Below, piece after piece: positions 37,588 through 48,677 of a stretch of 49,543 bases of DNA. Every line of letters begins with the position of its first letter. Within the stretch, counting starts at the first letter, position 1. The notes under the pieces were generated by a model. The model searched no databases. It worked only from the letters and a program-made list of their open reading frames with translations, and was not told the origin of the DNA. Source of the DNA: Tubiluchus corallicola (Eukaryota > Animalia > Priapulida); NCBI GenBank assembly GCA_030141605.1, contig JAQGDQ010001288.1:1-49543 (forward strand). Reading direction: 5' to 3'. The translations under genes were made by a program, and so were the position numbers.

Positions 37588-37977
37588 TTACAAGAAATGA
37601 TTATGTATGTTATTTAAGCAAAGAAATAGTGAACCGAGTAGCAGTAAAGTCATTGTCATAGCAGAAAATTCATGATGATTGCCTATGCCAGCTGCTTTTG
37701 GTTTTGTGTACGTGTCATGGCAGTCATAGTATAGTTCTCCCGTTTTTGTATCTTCACAGCAGTCAGTGTAGAACTCAGCTTCTTTGTCTACCTCCATGGT
37801 GCAGTAGTAGCACACTCGCTTAGCCATCTTGCCATCCTCGTTAGCGTCTATGCATCTACCCCTGTCTTCTGACATAAGGCTTGTCACGGTTATTCTCTTT
37901 GTACACCCATTTACTGATGCTAGCAGCGCCGCCTGGAGGACCAGGATTAAAAATACGTGTTCCACAGATGGTTTCAT
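37588..37977 (-). CDS. Nested gene B: 129-aa paralog of gene A
   Basis: MKPSVEHV...SVNG-CTKR...; 45/70 identical to A in the mature core, all Cys conserved; ATG directly after acceptor ttttctgttgcag. Confidence 0.9.
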   Translation of the reverse strand: MKPSVEHVFLILVLQAALLASVNGCTKRITVTSLMSEDRGRCIDANEDGKMAKRVCYYCTMEVDKEAEFYTDCCEDTKTGELYYDCHDTYTKPKAAGIGNHHEFSAMTMTLLLLGSLFLCLNNIHNHFL

Positions 37978-38094
37978 CTGCAACAGAAAATCATCATCGT
38001 ACTGGCAAACTAGTGGAAAAATTGACTGAAGAAGCTGCTAAGTGATGGTTTGTCTATGACTGGGTTAAAAGAACTTTTGCAGAAGACTGACAGC

Positions 38095-38635
38095 CAATGG
38101 CGGCTCGTGTACAGGTACTGTAGTACTACAGCACCCCCTGTTTTCACTCATTGTTATCGATGATATTCTAAGTTTTTTTTTCTTTTACATCTTTTTTATA
38201 TTTGTGAGGAACCAAAACACGTGACTCTGCTGCTAGGTAGAAAATAATTGTGTCTATCACAGTAACAATTGCCACGGGCTTACCGTGTACCGTCATATTC
38301 CTGGATGTGATAAAGTGTAAACTTAGTGTGCGTGCTTAGAACATGAATTATTTAATAATGGATGTCTTGCATCCCCAAGAAATAAGTTCTGTGACTGTAA
38401 GTGAACTACAACAGCTTAATTTTTCACAGTTGTCTCTCCATGAGAAAGTTGCAGTTAAGAAAAGAGGCCGTTCAACATCTGCACTTCAAATATAACTACA
38501 ACATTAAAATTGCATATGTTTGTTATGTTTTATGTTGTTTGTTATGTTTTATGTTATGTTTTACACAGTATTAAAGCAATGGCTAAAAATTTTCTGAAGC
38601 AGCACCCCCTCCAATTTTAGTTACGAGCTGCCGCA
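38095..38635. mobile_element. MITE family D copy 2
   Basis: tggcggctcgt...cagcacccc...acgagctgcc. Confidence 0.65.
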
Positions 38636-38726
38636 CATAGCTTTTTCTTCCGAAGTGTAATGTAAGATACAGTTTCATATATGTTACGAGATCATACACA
38701 TTTGAATGTCTTTATTCTAATGTCAG

Positions 38727-39005
38727 TCTAATGGTGCATTCAAACTAGTGAGTTTTCTCTCCAAGTAACTCACAAGCGTGTTCAGACTAAAGAGCAAAAC
38801 TTGCTGTGAAATACTCTCTGACAGTAAAACGCTGACACTCAATTCTCATTTCACTGTGAGTAACACCGCAGGGTACCTCGCGGAAGCGTGCTTAATTAAT
38901 ATTGGTGAACTTGCAATAACTTGCCGGCAGTAACTCGCCAAGCAGTTCACACTGGCAAGTTTGCTGTTGGAGAGAAAACTCGCTAGTCTGAACGTGCCAC
39001 TAGAC
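38727..39005. mobile_element. Palindromic PIF/Harbinger-like MITE
   Basis: About 38-bp imperfect TIR containing actag.gagttttctctccaa. Confidence 0.6.
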
Positions 39006-39062
39006 CAAGTTCATTCACTAACATGCTTGACTGTTACATTAAACAAAGTGCTTCCTATATTT

Positions 39063-39819
39063 TTGTCGGGCGCGGACTAACCCACTAGCCGAAGTAGGAC
39101 ACTTCCTGTAAAACGCATGCGCTAAATTTGCTGAAAAGCAGTTTCGTATATGGACAGTCCAAGTAGGACACTAGCGATTTCTGTCGATAATCGAGATTTA
39201 TGCCAAAATAAAACATAAAACTAAATTTGTTTTAGAAAAAGTAACTTTATAATAATGATGAACAGTCCTTGACAATTTACAAATGTATTTTTTACAGTAA
39301 TATCATCATTATTATTAGCTCATTAATATCATCATAATATTAAACTATGTATCTAATGCTTCAAAGAGAGAAACTAAGTAGGGCACATAACTCGCTAACC
39401 CATTTACTTAGTAGAAAACAATTATTTGTCCATGAGGGAGTGAAAAGGATCACCTGTCTGTGAAGCAAGACAAAATAAAAAATGATATGCCTTAAGCAAA
39501 TGTTGCAATCGCCTAAAAAGTGCGCTTATTTCACTTCAAAGAAGATTAATATTGGCAAATATTAATTCTTCTAGCTCAGAATAAAATTCTTTTATTTTAT
39601 CAGATGTATAATAAAATTATTCAACGTGTATTGACGTTTTTAATCATTATTATTACATAAACAAGGACAAACGGATGGTGCCAGTACGCTTAGCGATTCA
39701 ATTCGCTACCTGTCTCTAGTGTCCTACTTGGGCAGCCCATGTACGACGCGTCCTACTTGGGCTAGCCCATGTACGCCAATTGTCCTACTTCGGCTAGTGG
39801 ATTACTCGGTGCCCAACAA
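39063..39819. mobile_element. TIR element with subterminal agtaggaca repeats
   Basis: ccactagccgaagtaggaca / tgtcctacttcggctagtgg. Confidence 0.75.
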
Positions 39820-39944
39820 CTTTGAATACCAGCAGTAAATTGTTTGACGTGGTGATGGATTTGTTAAACCAGTGTTTTTCATCAAATGCTAACTTACTTA
39901 TTTTCACGGGTGAGGTTATTAGTAATTTAGGCTAATTCTTTTTT

Positions 39945-40600
39945 TCTTGCCTCAGTTAAGTGCTGGGATACCTCTTGGTATCCGTATCTCTATCTCTTTA
40001 AACATCTTTAAATTTCGACTAAAAAATCACACGTGTTTTAATAAGCGGCCTACTTACTTTTCAAGTGGTACTCGAAATTCATCTGTACACCATACTAGAA
40101 TGAGAGTTGGTTTTTGCTAACTTAATTACGATTTGTACTTCAGATGGGTCGCTAGTATCACCTAATTGTCAATATGATTCTACTTATGAAACAGTCGGTC
40201 ATTACTTAATTAGCTGCCCTCTTTATCATCAGGCTAGACATGACTCATTTACAAATCTCTGCACTCTTTTGTCAGCTTTTAACATCGATGTTTACAGTGC
40301 TGCATCAAATGAACTTGTACGTTTGTTCCTGCATGGGAACCATACCCTAGATAATTCTCTGAACACTCGAATTTTTGTTTTAGTGCAGTCTGTTATTTCA
40401 AACACCAAGCGCTTTAAATAATATCAACTTTGTTATTCTTGTTACATAGTAATGTTCATATTTATTGCAACATTTTTTATACATTGTGGTCACCATTGTT
40501 CTGCATCTGTCTAGCGTTTCGCTCCAACTATGGGAGAACTTATATCAGTTGTAAAACTATCTGTTTCAAACCTATATGTTACACCTTCAATAATAAATTC
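39945..40600 (+). mobile_element. 5'-truncated LINE (CR1/L2-like) 3' end
   Basis: Decayed ORF2 C-terminus HTRMRVG...C...ETVGHYLISCPLY...R...LHGNHTL...N..IF..VQ..I..TKRF, then AATAAA. Confidence 0.75.
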
Positions 40601-41022
40601 AATACAAAATTCTTCATTATATCCAAAACTTGCTAACACTGGTTGTGTAAAGCGATGTTGTCGTTGAAGTTCTTCACTAAAGGTACACTGTCTAATTTTT
40701 TTTTGCAAATAAGGTTAAATTTAAAGAAAGGGTTAACCCTTCTGGAAAGTTGGACTTAATTCAATGTCACGAAAAACGTTTAAAAAATGTGATAAAAGTG
40801 TGACAGGTGTCACTAAAATCATTTTAAAGTCGCGATCATATCACGCTTGGACGCCCCCATTTTGAATGGGCGTTCTTCCACCAATGACGTAATTCGTCGG
40901 CTGAAGAAAAGCAGTACAGCGACACTTTGTGTCGAAAGTATTCATTTTTAAAAATCTAACATCGTCAGTAGGTAATTTTGCAATATTTTTGCTTGGACAT
41001 TAGATAAGCTGCAGAAGTTTAA

Positions 41023-41657
41023 AGGACAAGAAAAGGGGCACCTAAAGTAGTTTCAGAAAAATTGCCTTAAAAAATTATATTACTTTACAGCAATTTTATA
41101 TCTACACAAAACTCGGTTAAAAGGAATTTTTGTTTGTTTTCATTTTAAATACTGTTCCGATGGCGCCATTACATGATGTCACTTGCGCACAACATAAATC
41201 AGGGGAAGAAAAGGCAATGTTAAATTATGTCTCAAAAAACTTTCCATGCAAATCTATATTACTTAGCATTTCGCTTAGCTGCTGGAAAGACTCATGAAAC
41301 TAGAAATAATAATTTAGAATGTTTTCACCAATTGGTAAAATGTCGCTGACTCACCCTCCAGGGTGCACCACTCACTAATCAAAAATGTATTTTTAATCTT
41401 ATTGACAAAATACAGTAATTTAAAATTTTACTTTCTTAGTGAAGTGTGCGCTACGAATGCTCTGACTATTTCTTCAAACTTTACTGAATGTTATCGAAAC
41501 TTGTTTCAAACGACCTACCATTTACATTTAAATTTACATGTTTTAAGCAGCGTTACGGCCGATGAATGCCTTGCATACGAAAAGGCTGTATGTAAGTGGT
41601 ACAAAATATCGAGACGAATTTTTTAAGCTTTATGTAAGTGGAGGGTTTTCTTGTGTT
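41023..41657. mobile_element. Kolobok-like MITE family C
   Basis: TTAA flanks, aggacaagaaaa/ttttcttgtgtt; further copies at 44593 and 45730. Confidence 0.75.
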
Positions 41658-42349
41658 TTAAGTTTGTTTAAACAGTGCGCTCTTACGGAAGCGCGTACAA
41701 AAAGTCATGGCGCAGTCCACCAGTCACTTCATAACTTTCAAGTGACTGGCGTCTACCACCATCCCTGAAAATTTCTATTCGGCAGTAGTATGAATTAACA
41801 TTATGTTTTATAGATAGCGTTTTGCAAATTTCGTTCTTATATTTTTCTAAGTTTGAGTGATAACAGTAAAATAAACCGAACATGCTAAATGAGTTGTCCT
41901 TTCCTTTAAATTACTGCTTTTGCGAACAAGATTTCCTGCATACCCACTTACTGGCAATGGTGTGTAAAGATTATGAAACAACTTTTTAAGTTAAAGCAAA
42001 TTTATTTGGTCAGCAAGACCAGCAAGACCTAATTTTTGCAGCATGCATTTTACCTTTTGTTGTTTTCTTACCATGTATTTCTCTAGGTAGGATCAGTTTT
42101 ATCCTTTTTCTCCGCCTGGAAATATGTCGGAACAATTTTTTGCCCTCTGTTCGCTCACTTTCAACTGCACTTACACTTGTCTCCGGTTCTTTCTTGCATC
42201 TTTTGAAAGTTAACAGAACAATGTAGGATCTTACACAGGCGGAAAAACATTCCTATTGTGATGGAACGAAATGAAACAATGGTTAGAATACTGAAACAAT
42301 GATTTTTTAATGTAAACTTGTATGCATTTTTCTAGACTTTTTGTAGAAC

Positions 42350-42670
42350 AAATAACCTTTTCACAGTTTTGTTGTGCGCATGCCCAGTTGCTGTAGGTCA
42401 AAGGGTAAAGCAAAGCCGTCTGTCACATCAGTTCATTAACTTCAGTTGTTTTACGTCTACTTTGTTTAATTGTTATACATTAGTCTGTACATAGAGTGAT
42501 TTACTAGCTGGATCTTGCCAGGGAACAAGAAAAAAAGTAGATAAGGTTTTGGTTAGCTGTTACAACTATTAAAATATTACAATAGCATGGACAGCGAGGC
42601 GTTGTCAAGTGCAGACAAATGCGTTGTCTAGTACGCTTAATTTTTGACCTTTTCACAATCATCATCAATT
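42350..42670 (+). pseudogene. Inverted relic of gene A promoter, exon 1 and intron start
   Basis: Colinear with the reverse complement of about 32070-32410; donor GT is AT at 42541, TATA is lost, no coding exon follows. Confidence 0.65.
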
Positions 42671-42892
42671 CCTGGAAAGCCTTACTGATAATGCAAATAT
42701 ATGATACCTGTATGCAGAAGTGTCCACTCTACTGATATGTACAGATGACTATGACTATGACTATGACGGAATTGATGACTATTTTATTACCCGAGAGGGC
42801 AAGTTGTTCAATGTCCTTGCTCTTGCTCAAAGTGTAATTTGCTGTTCAAATGTTTTTTGGAAAATTTAATGATATAACCGTCTCTCTTTAAG

Positions 42893-43043
42893 GTGGACGT
42901 TTACGATGATGCCACGGTCGGAGACATATTGGCCAAGTACACTCCACCGAAGCCGCTGAACGGACCTCCGCAACCTGGCCTGGGACAGGACCACAATGAG
43001 TTTCCGGATAATTTATGCATCGAGCTTTTCATTTCACATACTG
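42893..43043 (+). CDS. PKD1-like exon 13
   Basis: ctctttaag/gtataa; VDVYDDATVGDIL...PGLGQDHNEFP; phase 0-1. Confidence 0.8.
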
Positions 43044-43748
43044 GTATAAAGACCTTACCATTTGACGTATTCACTTTTTTTGCTTTTATATGAGCAGGGA
43101 TGAATAGCCGAGCAGTCACACATGTGTGCCTTGCATCTGAAGTTCAGCAACACCAAGTCCGCCCAGTGACTGGATAGGTGTTTACCTTCAATATTAGCTC
43201 CGGATTGCCATATTGATTCTGTCTGCTTGTCTCGCAGAGGGAGGATGTATTCACATCCGAATGTATACTGAGACACCTCTGTTGATCCAGTGGCTCATCT
43301 TGGAGGTTATTGTTGATAGTGAACTAGGCTGCACACATGGTAAAGACTAATTAATATGTAGTAAGCTTATAACAGATGTCTCCAATATGACAGATTGAAT
43401 GCATCATTTCATTGTGCGTTACAAGAAGGAAATCTTAGGCCTGCTCTGTCATGCTGGGCTGGTAGCTTAGGTGGTAGAGTACAGGGGTTCAAATCCCAAC
43501 TAGTCCACAATTTTTCAATGTCTCCTTTCTCCAACTCATTACCTGCATTTGGGTAATAATTGGTAAAATAAACCGCAATGACTTGTAAAAATTCTGGCAA
43601 TCACTGTCACAATTAATTATTGAAATACATCATTATTTTATCTATCTACTGGGATTTTTTGCTTCATTCGTTACAGAAAACTAAGTCGTTAATCCAAGTG
43701 AATTGAATCAAATGACGTTTTCCCAACGTTTAAAAAGTTATTCGTTAA

Positions 43749-44588
43749 CCCTTTCACTGCATAGTTGCTTTTTAACAGGGCCGCTTTGACTTTGCACGTT
43801 TGACAATAACTTCTTGTGGTGTGTTACTAAAACAGAATCTTGTAAATAAACAAGCAGCCATTTGTTATTAAACACTAATATTCCATATTAGTTTTATTTA
43901 TCCACATGCACACACATCCACGCACACATATATGCACTCATGCACGCACACACGTACACACCCACATAAATAAGCACATACTTATATTTAGAAGCCAATT
44001 TACACAAAAGTCCATATTACTAATCCATAATATGCAATTATTTTATAAGTGTTGTGGAGATCGCTGGCATCTATTAGAATCAAATAGAACATTGTAGAAT
44101 GTTCCATTAGAATAATCGTCTTACCTTGTAGAATGTTCTAGAAAGAAACTTCTGGAATGCACTCATGCATGTGCGCACATGCACACCCACACAAATAAAC
44201 ACATACTTATATTTAGAAACCAGTTTTCAAAAAATTGTAATATTACTATGCCATAATATGCAATTATGTTATAAGAATGCAGAACAAGTGACTAAACACG
44301 TTTCACCAACTGATAACAAACAATTTCCATGGGAGCGTACTATACAGTACCGTATTATGAAATGCACCTGGCTTCAGATGCTGATTGGCTGGTTTGCGTT
44401 ACTCGTTGCAAAGCGACCCCAATCCCACGGCTGTTAGACTTTTCTATAATGATTCTGCATGGTTTTAGCAGTGAAATAAACAGACCTGGGCGACTGTGTT
44501 TAGTGCTGAGCTTGCGTGACAGTCTACCGCCTTCCGTCCCTTGCATGAAAAACAGGCGGGCAATGTGCCGCCTTCCGTAGTGAAAGGG
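43749..44588. mobile_element. piggyBac-like non-autonomous element containing an LTR fragment
   Basis: TTAA|ccctttcact...agtgaaaggg|TTAA. Confidence 0.8.
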
Positions 44589-44592
44589 TTAA

Positions 44593-45265
44593 AGGACAAG
44601 AAAAGGGGCACGTAAAGTACGTTAAATCAGAAAAATCACCTTAAAAAATTATACTACTTTACAACAATTTTATGCACATATCGTATTCGCTTTGAAAGGA
44701 ATTTCCGTTTGTTCTCATTTTAAATCTCCCACAATACTGTTCCGACGGCGCCATTACATGATGTCACTACGACACGTAAATCAGGGGAAGAAACAGAAAT
44801 GTTATATTATGACACAAAAAACGTTCCATGCAAATCTATATTACTTAGCGTTTCACTTACCTGCTGGAAAGACTTATGTAACCAGACTGATAAATTAAAA
44901 TGTTTGTGCCAATTGGTAAAATGTCGCTGACTCACCCTCCAGGGTGCGCCACTCACTAGCCAAAAACGTATTTTAAATCTTATTGACAAGAAACAGTAAT
45001 TTGAAATTTTACTTAATTAGCAACATGTATGCTACGAATGCTCTAATTATTTTTTCACACTTTACAAAATGTTATCAAAACTTGTTTCAAACGACCTACG
45101 ATTAAAATGGCCGCGCCTAACGGACATCGTGGGAGTTTAAATTTACACGTTTTATACAGCGTTACGGCTGATGCAAGCCGTGCATACGATAAGAAGTATG
45201 TAAGTGGTATAAAATTTTAAGATGAATTTTTTAAGGTTTATATAAGTGGAGGGTTTTCGTGTGCT
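44593..45265. mobile_element. Kolobok-like MITE family C copy 2
   Basis: Colinear with 41023-41657, TTAA flanks. Confidence 0.75.
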
Positions 45266-45505
45266 TTAAATTAAGCACAAGATTTGTGACACTTGCACCC
45301 AAGTGATGTGAATTTTCTATCCTGTTTGTAGAAAAGTATCAACAAAAGTTTATTCTAATTTATTTCAACAGCTTCAAGTCTCTATTTTGTTTCCATTTGA
45401 GATGTTGCGTCTGAAAATTTGCTGTTTTTGTGATGCTAATTGATTTTTAAGCATCTTTTGCGACTGGTATTGTTATTTTGGTTATTTTTACCTGGTGTTT
45501 TTCAG

Positions 45506-45642
45506 GCACTGTGAGTTCTTACGAACTAGACTGTACTGACAACAGTGGCGACACCTTTCAGCAAACGTTCGAGGTAGGAGACGAAGCTGTCACGAAACAC
45601 AATGAGGCAACAGATTCAATCTGTGTCTTTTTCGATGGATTG
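45506..45642 (+). CDS. PKD1-like exon 14
   Basis: tttttcag/gtacgt; GTVSSYELDCTD...CVFFDGL; phase 1-0. Confidence 0.8.
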
Positions 45643-45729
45643 GTACGTTACTGAGTCACTTAGTGCATCACATTTTTTTATTAATCCAGTATGGGTTCCA
45701 ACATTGACAATTTTTCCATTCTCTTATAA

Positions 45730-46204
45730 AGGACAAGAAAGGGGCTCCTGAAGTACATTTCAGAAAAATCGCCATAAAAAATTATATTACTTTATAGCAA
45801 TTTTAAGCATATATCGTATTAACGTTGAAAGGATTTTTTGTTTGTTTACATTTTAACTCTCCTGCAATACTGTTCCAACTGCGCCATTACATGACGTCAC
45901 CTACACAAACAGAAATCGTGGAAAAAATCTTAAATTATGTTCCAAAAGACTTTCCATGCAAATCTATATTAATTTGCATTACTCTGATCTAGACTACGGC
46001 CAAATAATGTTGAAAACACCGGTTCTCGCCTGATCACCAAAGTTAAGCAATATAGAGCCTGGTTAGTACTTGGATGGGTGACCGCCTAGGAATACCAGGT
46101 GCTGTAGGCTTTCGGATGGCCACATGATATCTCGACACTAGGCGGAGGAGCTGCACATGCACGGCTAGAGGGCGGAGGCGGTCAAGTGGAGGGGTTTTTG
46201 TGTT
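45730..46204. mobile_element. Family C copy 3, interior replaced by a 5S-derived insert
   Basis: Both termini present, middle missing. Confidence 0.7.
45992..46110 (+). pseudogene. Full-length 5S rRNA-like copy (pseudogene or SINE3 head)
   Basis: 119 nt gactacggcc...gtgctgtaggct with A/C boxes; stem mismatches; only 3 T at the end, then a GC-rich extension to about 46183. Confidence 0.8.
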
Positions 46205-46258
46205 TTAAACATTAGCTGGTAAGCCATTGTACACGTGGATGCTGTTAAATTTTTCTAG

Positions 46259-46412
46259 GTTGGAGAAATTCAATGCCAGCTTACCGTGTCTAATCCGCTG
46301 CAAAACATTGTGATTGATCCAGCCTGGAGCGAGCACGTCCAGCTCATATTCCACGTAAAGCAAGCTGCTGGAAGCTGTCACATTGTCGACGACGGAGCCG
46401 TCGTAAATGACG
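46259..46412 (+). CDS. PKD1-like exon 15
   Basis: ttttctag/gtagga; VGEIQCQLTVSNPL...VDDGAVVND; phase 0-1. Confidence 0.8.
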
Positions 46413-47429
46413 GTAGGAATTCTTATTCTTTATGAAAACAAATGTAAAAATTAGTCCTAGAAATGCAATAACCACAGAGGCTATGCTAGGTGCGAGCACA
46501 TGTCTTTAGGTTGTACTGAAGTATATCGCTAAGCAGCGGCCGACCAGCAAGTGGCACCTGGCATTTGTTAGTATATGTAGTTTGTACTAGAGAGAAAAGA
46601 ATTACGTAATAAATGTGGAAAAGGAAAAGTTAGGTAGGTCAGTAAGAACAGGATAGCGCAAAAAAAAGTTTGGAGAAAGAAGGTCATGGCTGTAGGTTTA
46701 CATATTATAGTTTTAGTTTTTTGAGAGGTGATTATATTCTCATTTTTCTAAGGAGTGTAATTATAATCATAAAATAGTTTGTATTAATGGAGAGAAATTT
46801 TGTATACGTATAGCTATAATATTTTTCAAGGAATATGTTATGATAGGAGTAAGGAAGACAAAAACAATGCAAGTACAGGTTTTTGGAGTCATCAGGAGGA
46901 ACTTGAGAGTCGAGTTTCGGCTGCTTATTATTGGTCACTTCCTTATTATTGTCACTGCCAGCGGACACCGCTGTAGCCATAAAAACCACCACTGTCATTA
47001 TATCGTTATGAACATTCCTAATTTATTTAATAAGCTTTTTAAGGGTAAGACTTTCACAGAAACATGTGACTACAGTTTATCGTCCTTTAATAAGATCGAT
47101 ACTGGAACGCACCAACTCGGCATTAAGTTTCAAATTTCAAGTTTCCACTGTGCTTAATAAGTTCACTCAATGCATATTCACTCAAATATGTGTGCTACAT
47201 CACAACTGAACCACATCAGAACTGAGAGGTACAGGACCTGTGTTTGTACAGTCTTCGTCATCTCCAAGTTGCAGGTGCTAATGCCCATGTCCATCCTGCA
47301 TGTCCATGACACAGGCCAGGGATTACACCATAAGTAACTCAATACTTATTGTTATGGTGGTCCAGAATGTTATTACCCGCATGTTACTTTGATAAACTCG
47401 CGTGATTGATCGAAAAACCAGCGGTAACG

Positions 47430-47508
47430 TTTTGTAAGTCTTTGGTCGGGAGTTGAACCTATGACCTCCTGGGTGGGAAGCCAGCATACTACTATCGTGC
47501 TGTACCAA
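47430..47508 (-). mobile_element. Degenerate tRNA-derived SINE head
   Basis: ggttcaactcc B box followed by accaaagact. Confidence 0.45.
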
Positions 47509-47658
47509 ACCAACTTATCTAAATGTTCAGATGAAGTTTGTCAAAGGTTTCTCCAGTCAATCTGAGAACAAGATAACAGACTTTGCTATTTGTTGTCTAA
47601 ACGTGACCCTCGTGAACCCGGCAGTGGTTAACAACTGATGAACGCTTTTGTGTTACAG

Positions 47659-47835
47659 GTGAACCAAAGTCAATAGGATTCGCGTGTGATGAATACGGTT
47701 CTGGAAGCTGCGCTTGCTATGATTGGGGTGACAGGTACCAGGAGTGCTATGGTTTAAAAGAAGACTGCCTTCAGAATCTTTTTGCTCAGCCAACAGGTGG
47801 ATTGTCAAGTAAACGGAAGAAAAGAGAGACGGCCA
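47659..47835 (+). CDS. PKD1-like exon 16, PKD N-half plus Cys-rich insert ending in KRKKR
   Basis: ttacag/gtacgt; CACYDWGDRYQECYG...SSKRKKRETA; phase 1-1. Confidence 0.8.
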
Positions 47836-47888
47836 GTACGTGTTTTATTTTTTTGAGTTGTTGTGAAATTGTTTTTATTCTGTCGTCT

Positions 47889-48468
47889 AAGTTCAAGTTG
47901 AAGCTAAAGTTGGAGTTCAAGTTTAAGTTTTAGTTCAACTGCAAGTGCAAGTTCATGTTTAGGTTCATGTTCAAGTTTATGTTTATGTCCATGTTCATGT
48001 TCGAGTTCAAGTTCATGTTCAAATTCATCTTCAAGTTTATGTTCAAATTCAAGTTTAAGTTCATGTTCTTAAGTTCAGGTTCATGTTCATGTTCTTTAGT
48101 TCAAGTTCATGTTGATAAGTTCAAGTTTAACTTCATGTTCTTCATTTCAAGTTCATGTTCATGTTCTTCAGTTCAAGTTCAAGTTGATGTTCTTCAGTTC
48201 AAGTTTAAGTGCATGTTCTTAAGTTCAAGTTCAAGTTCATGTTCTTAAGTTCAAGTTTAAGTTCATGTTCTTAAGTTCAAGTTCATGTTTTCCAGTTCAG
48301 ATTCATGTTCTTCAGTTCAAGTTTAAATTCATGTTCTTCAGTTCAAGTTCAAGTTTAAGTTCATGTTCTTCAGTTCAAGTTCAAGTTCATGTTCTTAAGT
48401 TCAAGTTTAAGTTCATGTTCTTCAGTTCAAGTTCAAGTTCATGTTTTTAAGTTCAAGTTTAAGTTCAT
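47889..48468. repeat. Hexamer-based (aagttc/atgttc) satellite
   Basis: Direct inspection. Confidence 0.95.
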
Positions 48469-48677
48469 TACCTTATAATCTCCACTGTCTATAAGGTAAT
48501 ATTCTAGTGGGCTGTACATTGCGCGATAATAAAAGCCGGCAATTTATAAAAACTGACTGTTGCTACAAAACATTAAATCAAAAAGGTTTGAAATTTTATC
48601 AAACAGTTACAAGTAAAACTGAGAAATGTTTAAATTTATGTAAGTTATAAGTTAGAGATTTTCCATTTTTTCCACAG

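Noticed and set aside
39885-39915. Candidate first-exon donor for gene B (taa|gtaagt on the minus strand)
   Set aside because: No convincing homology to gene A exon 1; cannot be supported without transcripts
43455-43512. tRNA gene
   Set aside because: A and B boxes only, no complete cloverleaf; likely a SINE remnant
45992-46110. Functional 5S rRNA gene
   Set aside because: Isolated, inside a MITE, with stem mismatches and no T4 terminator
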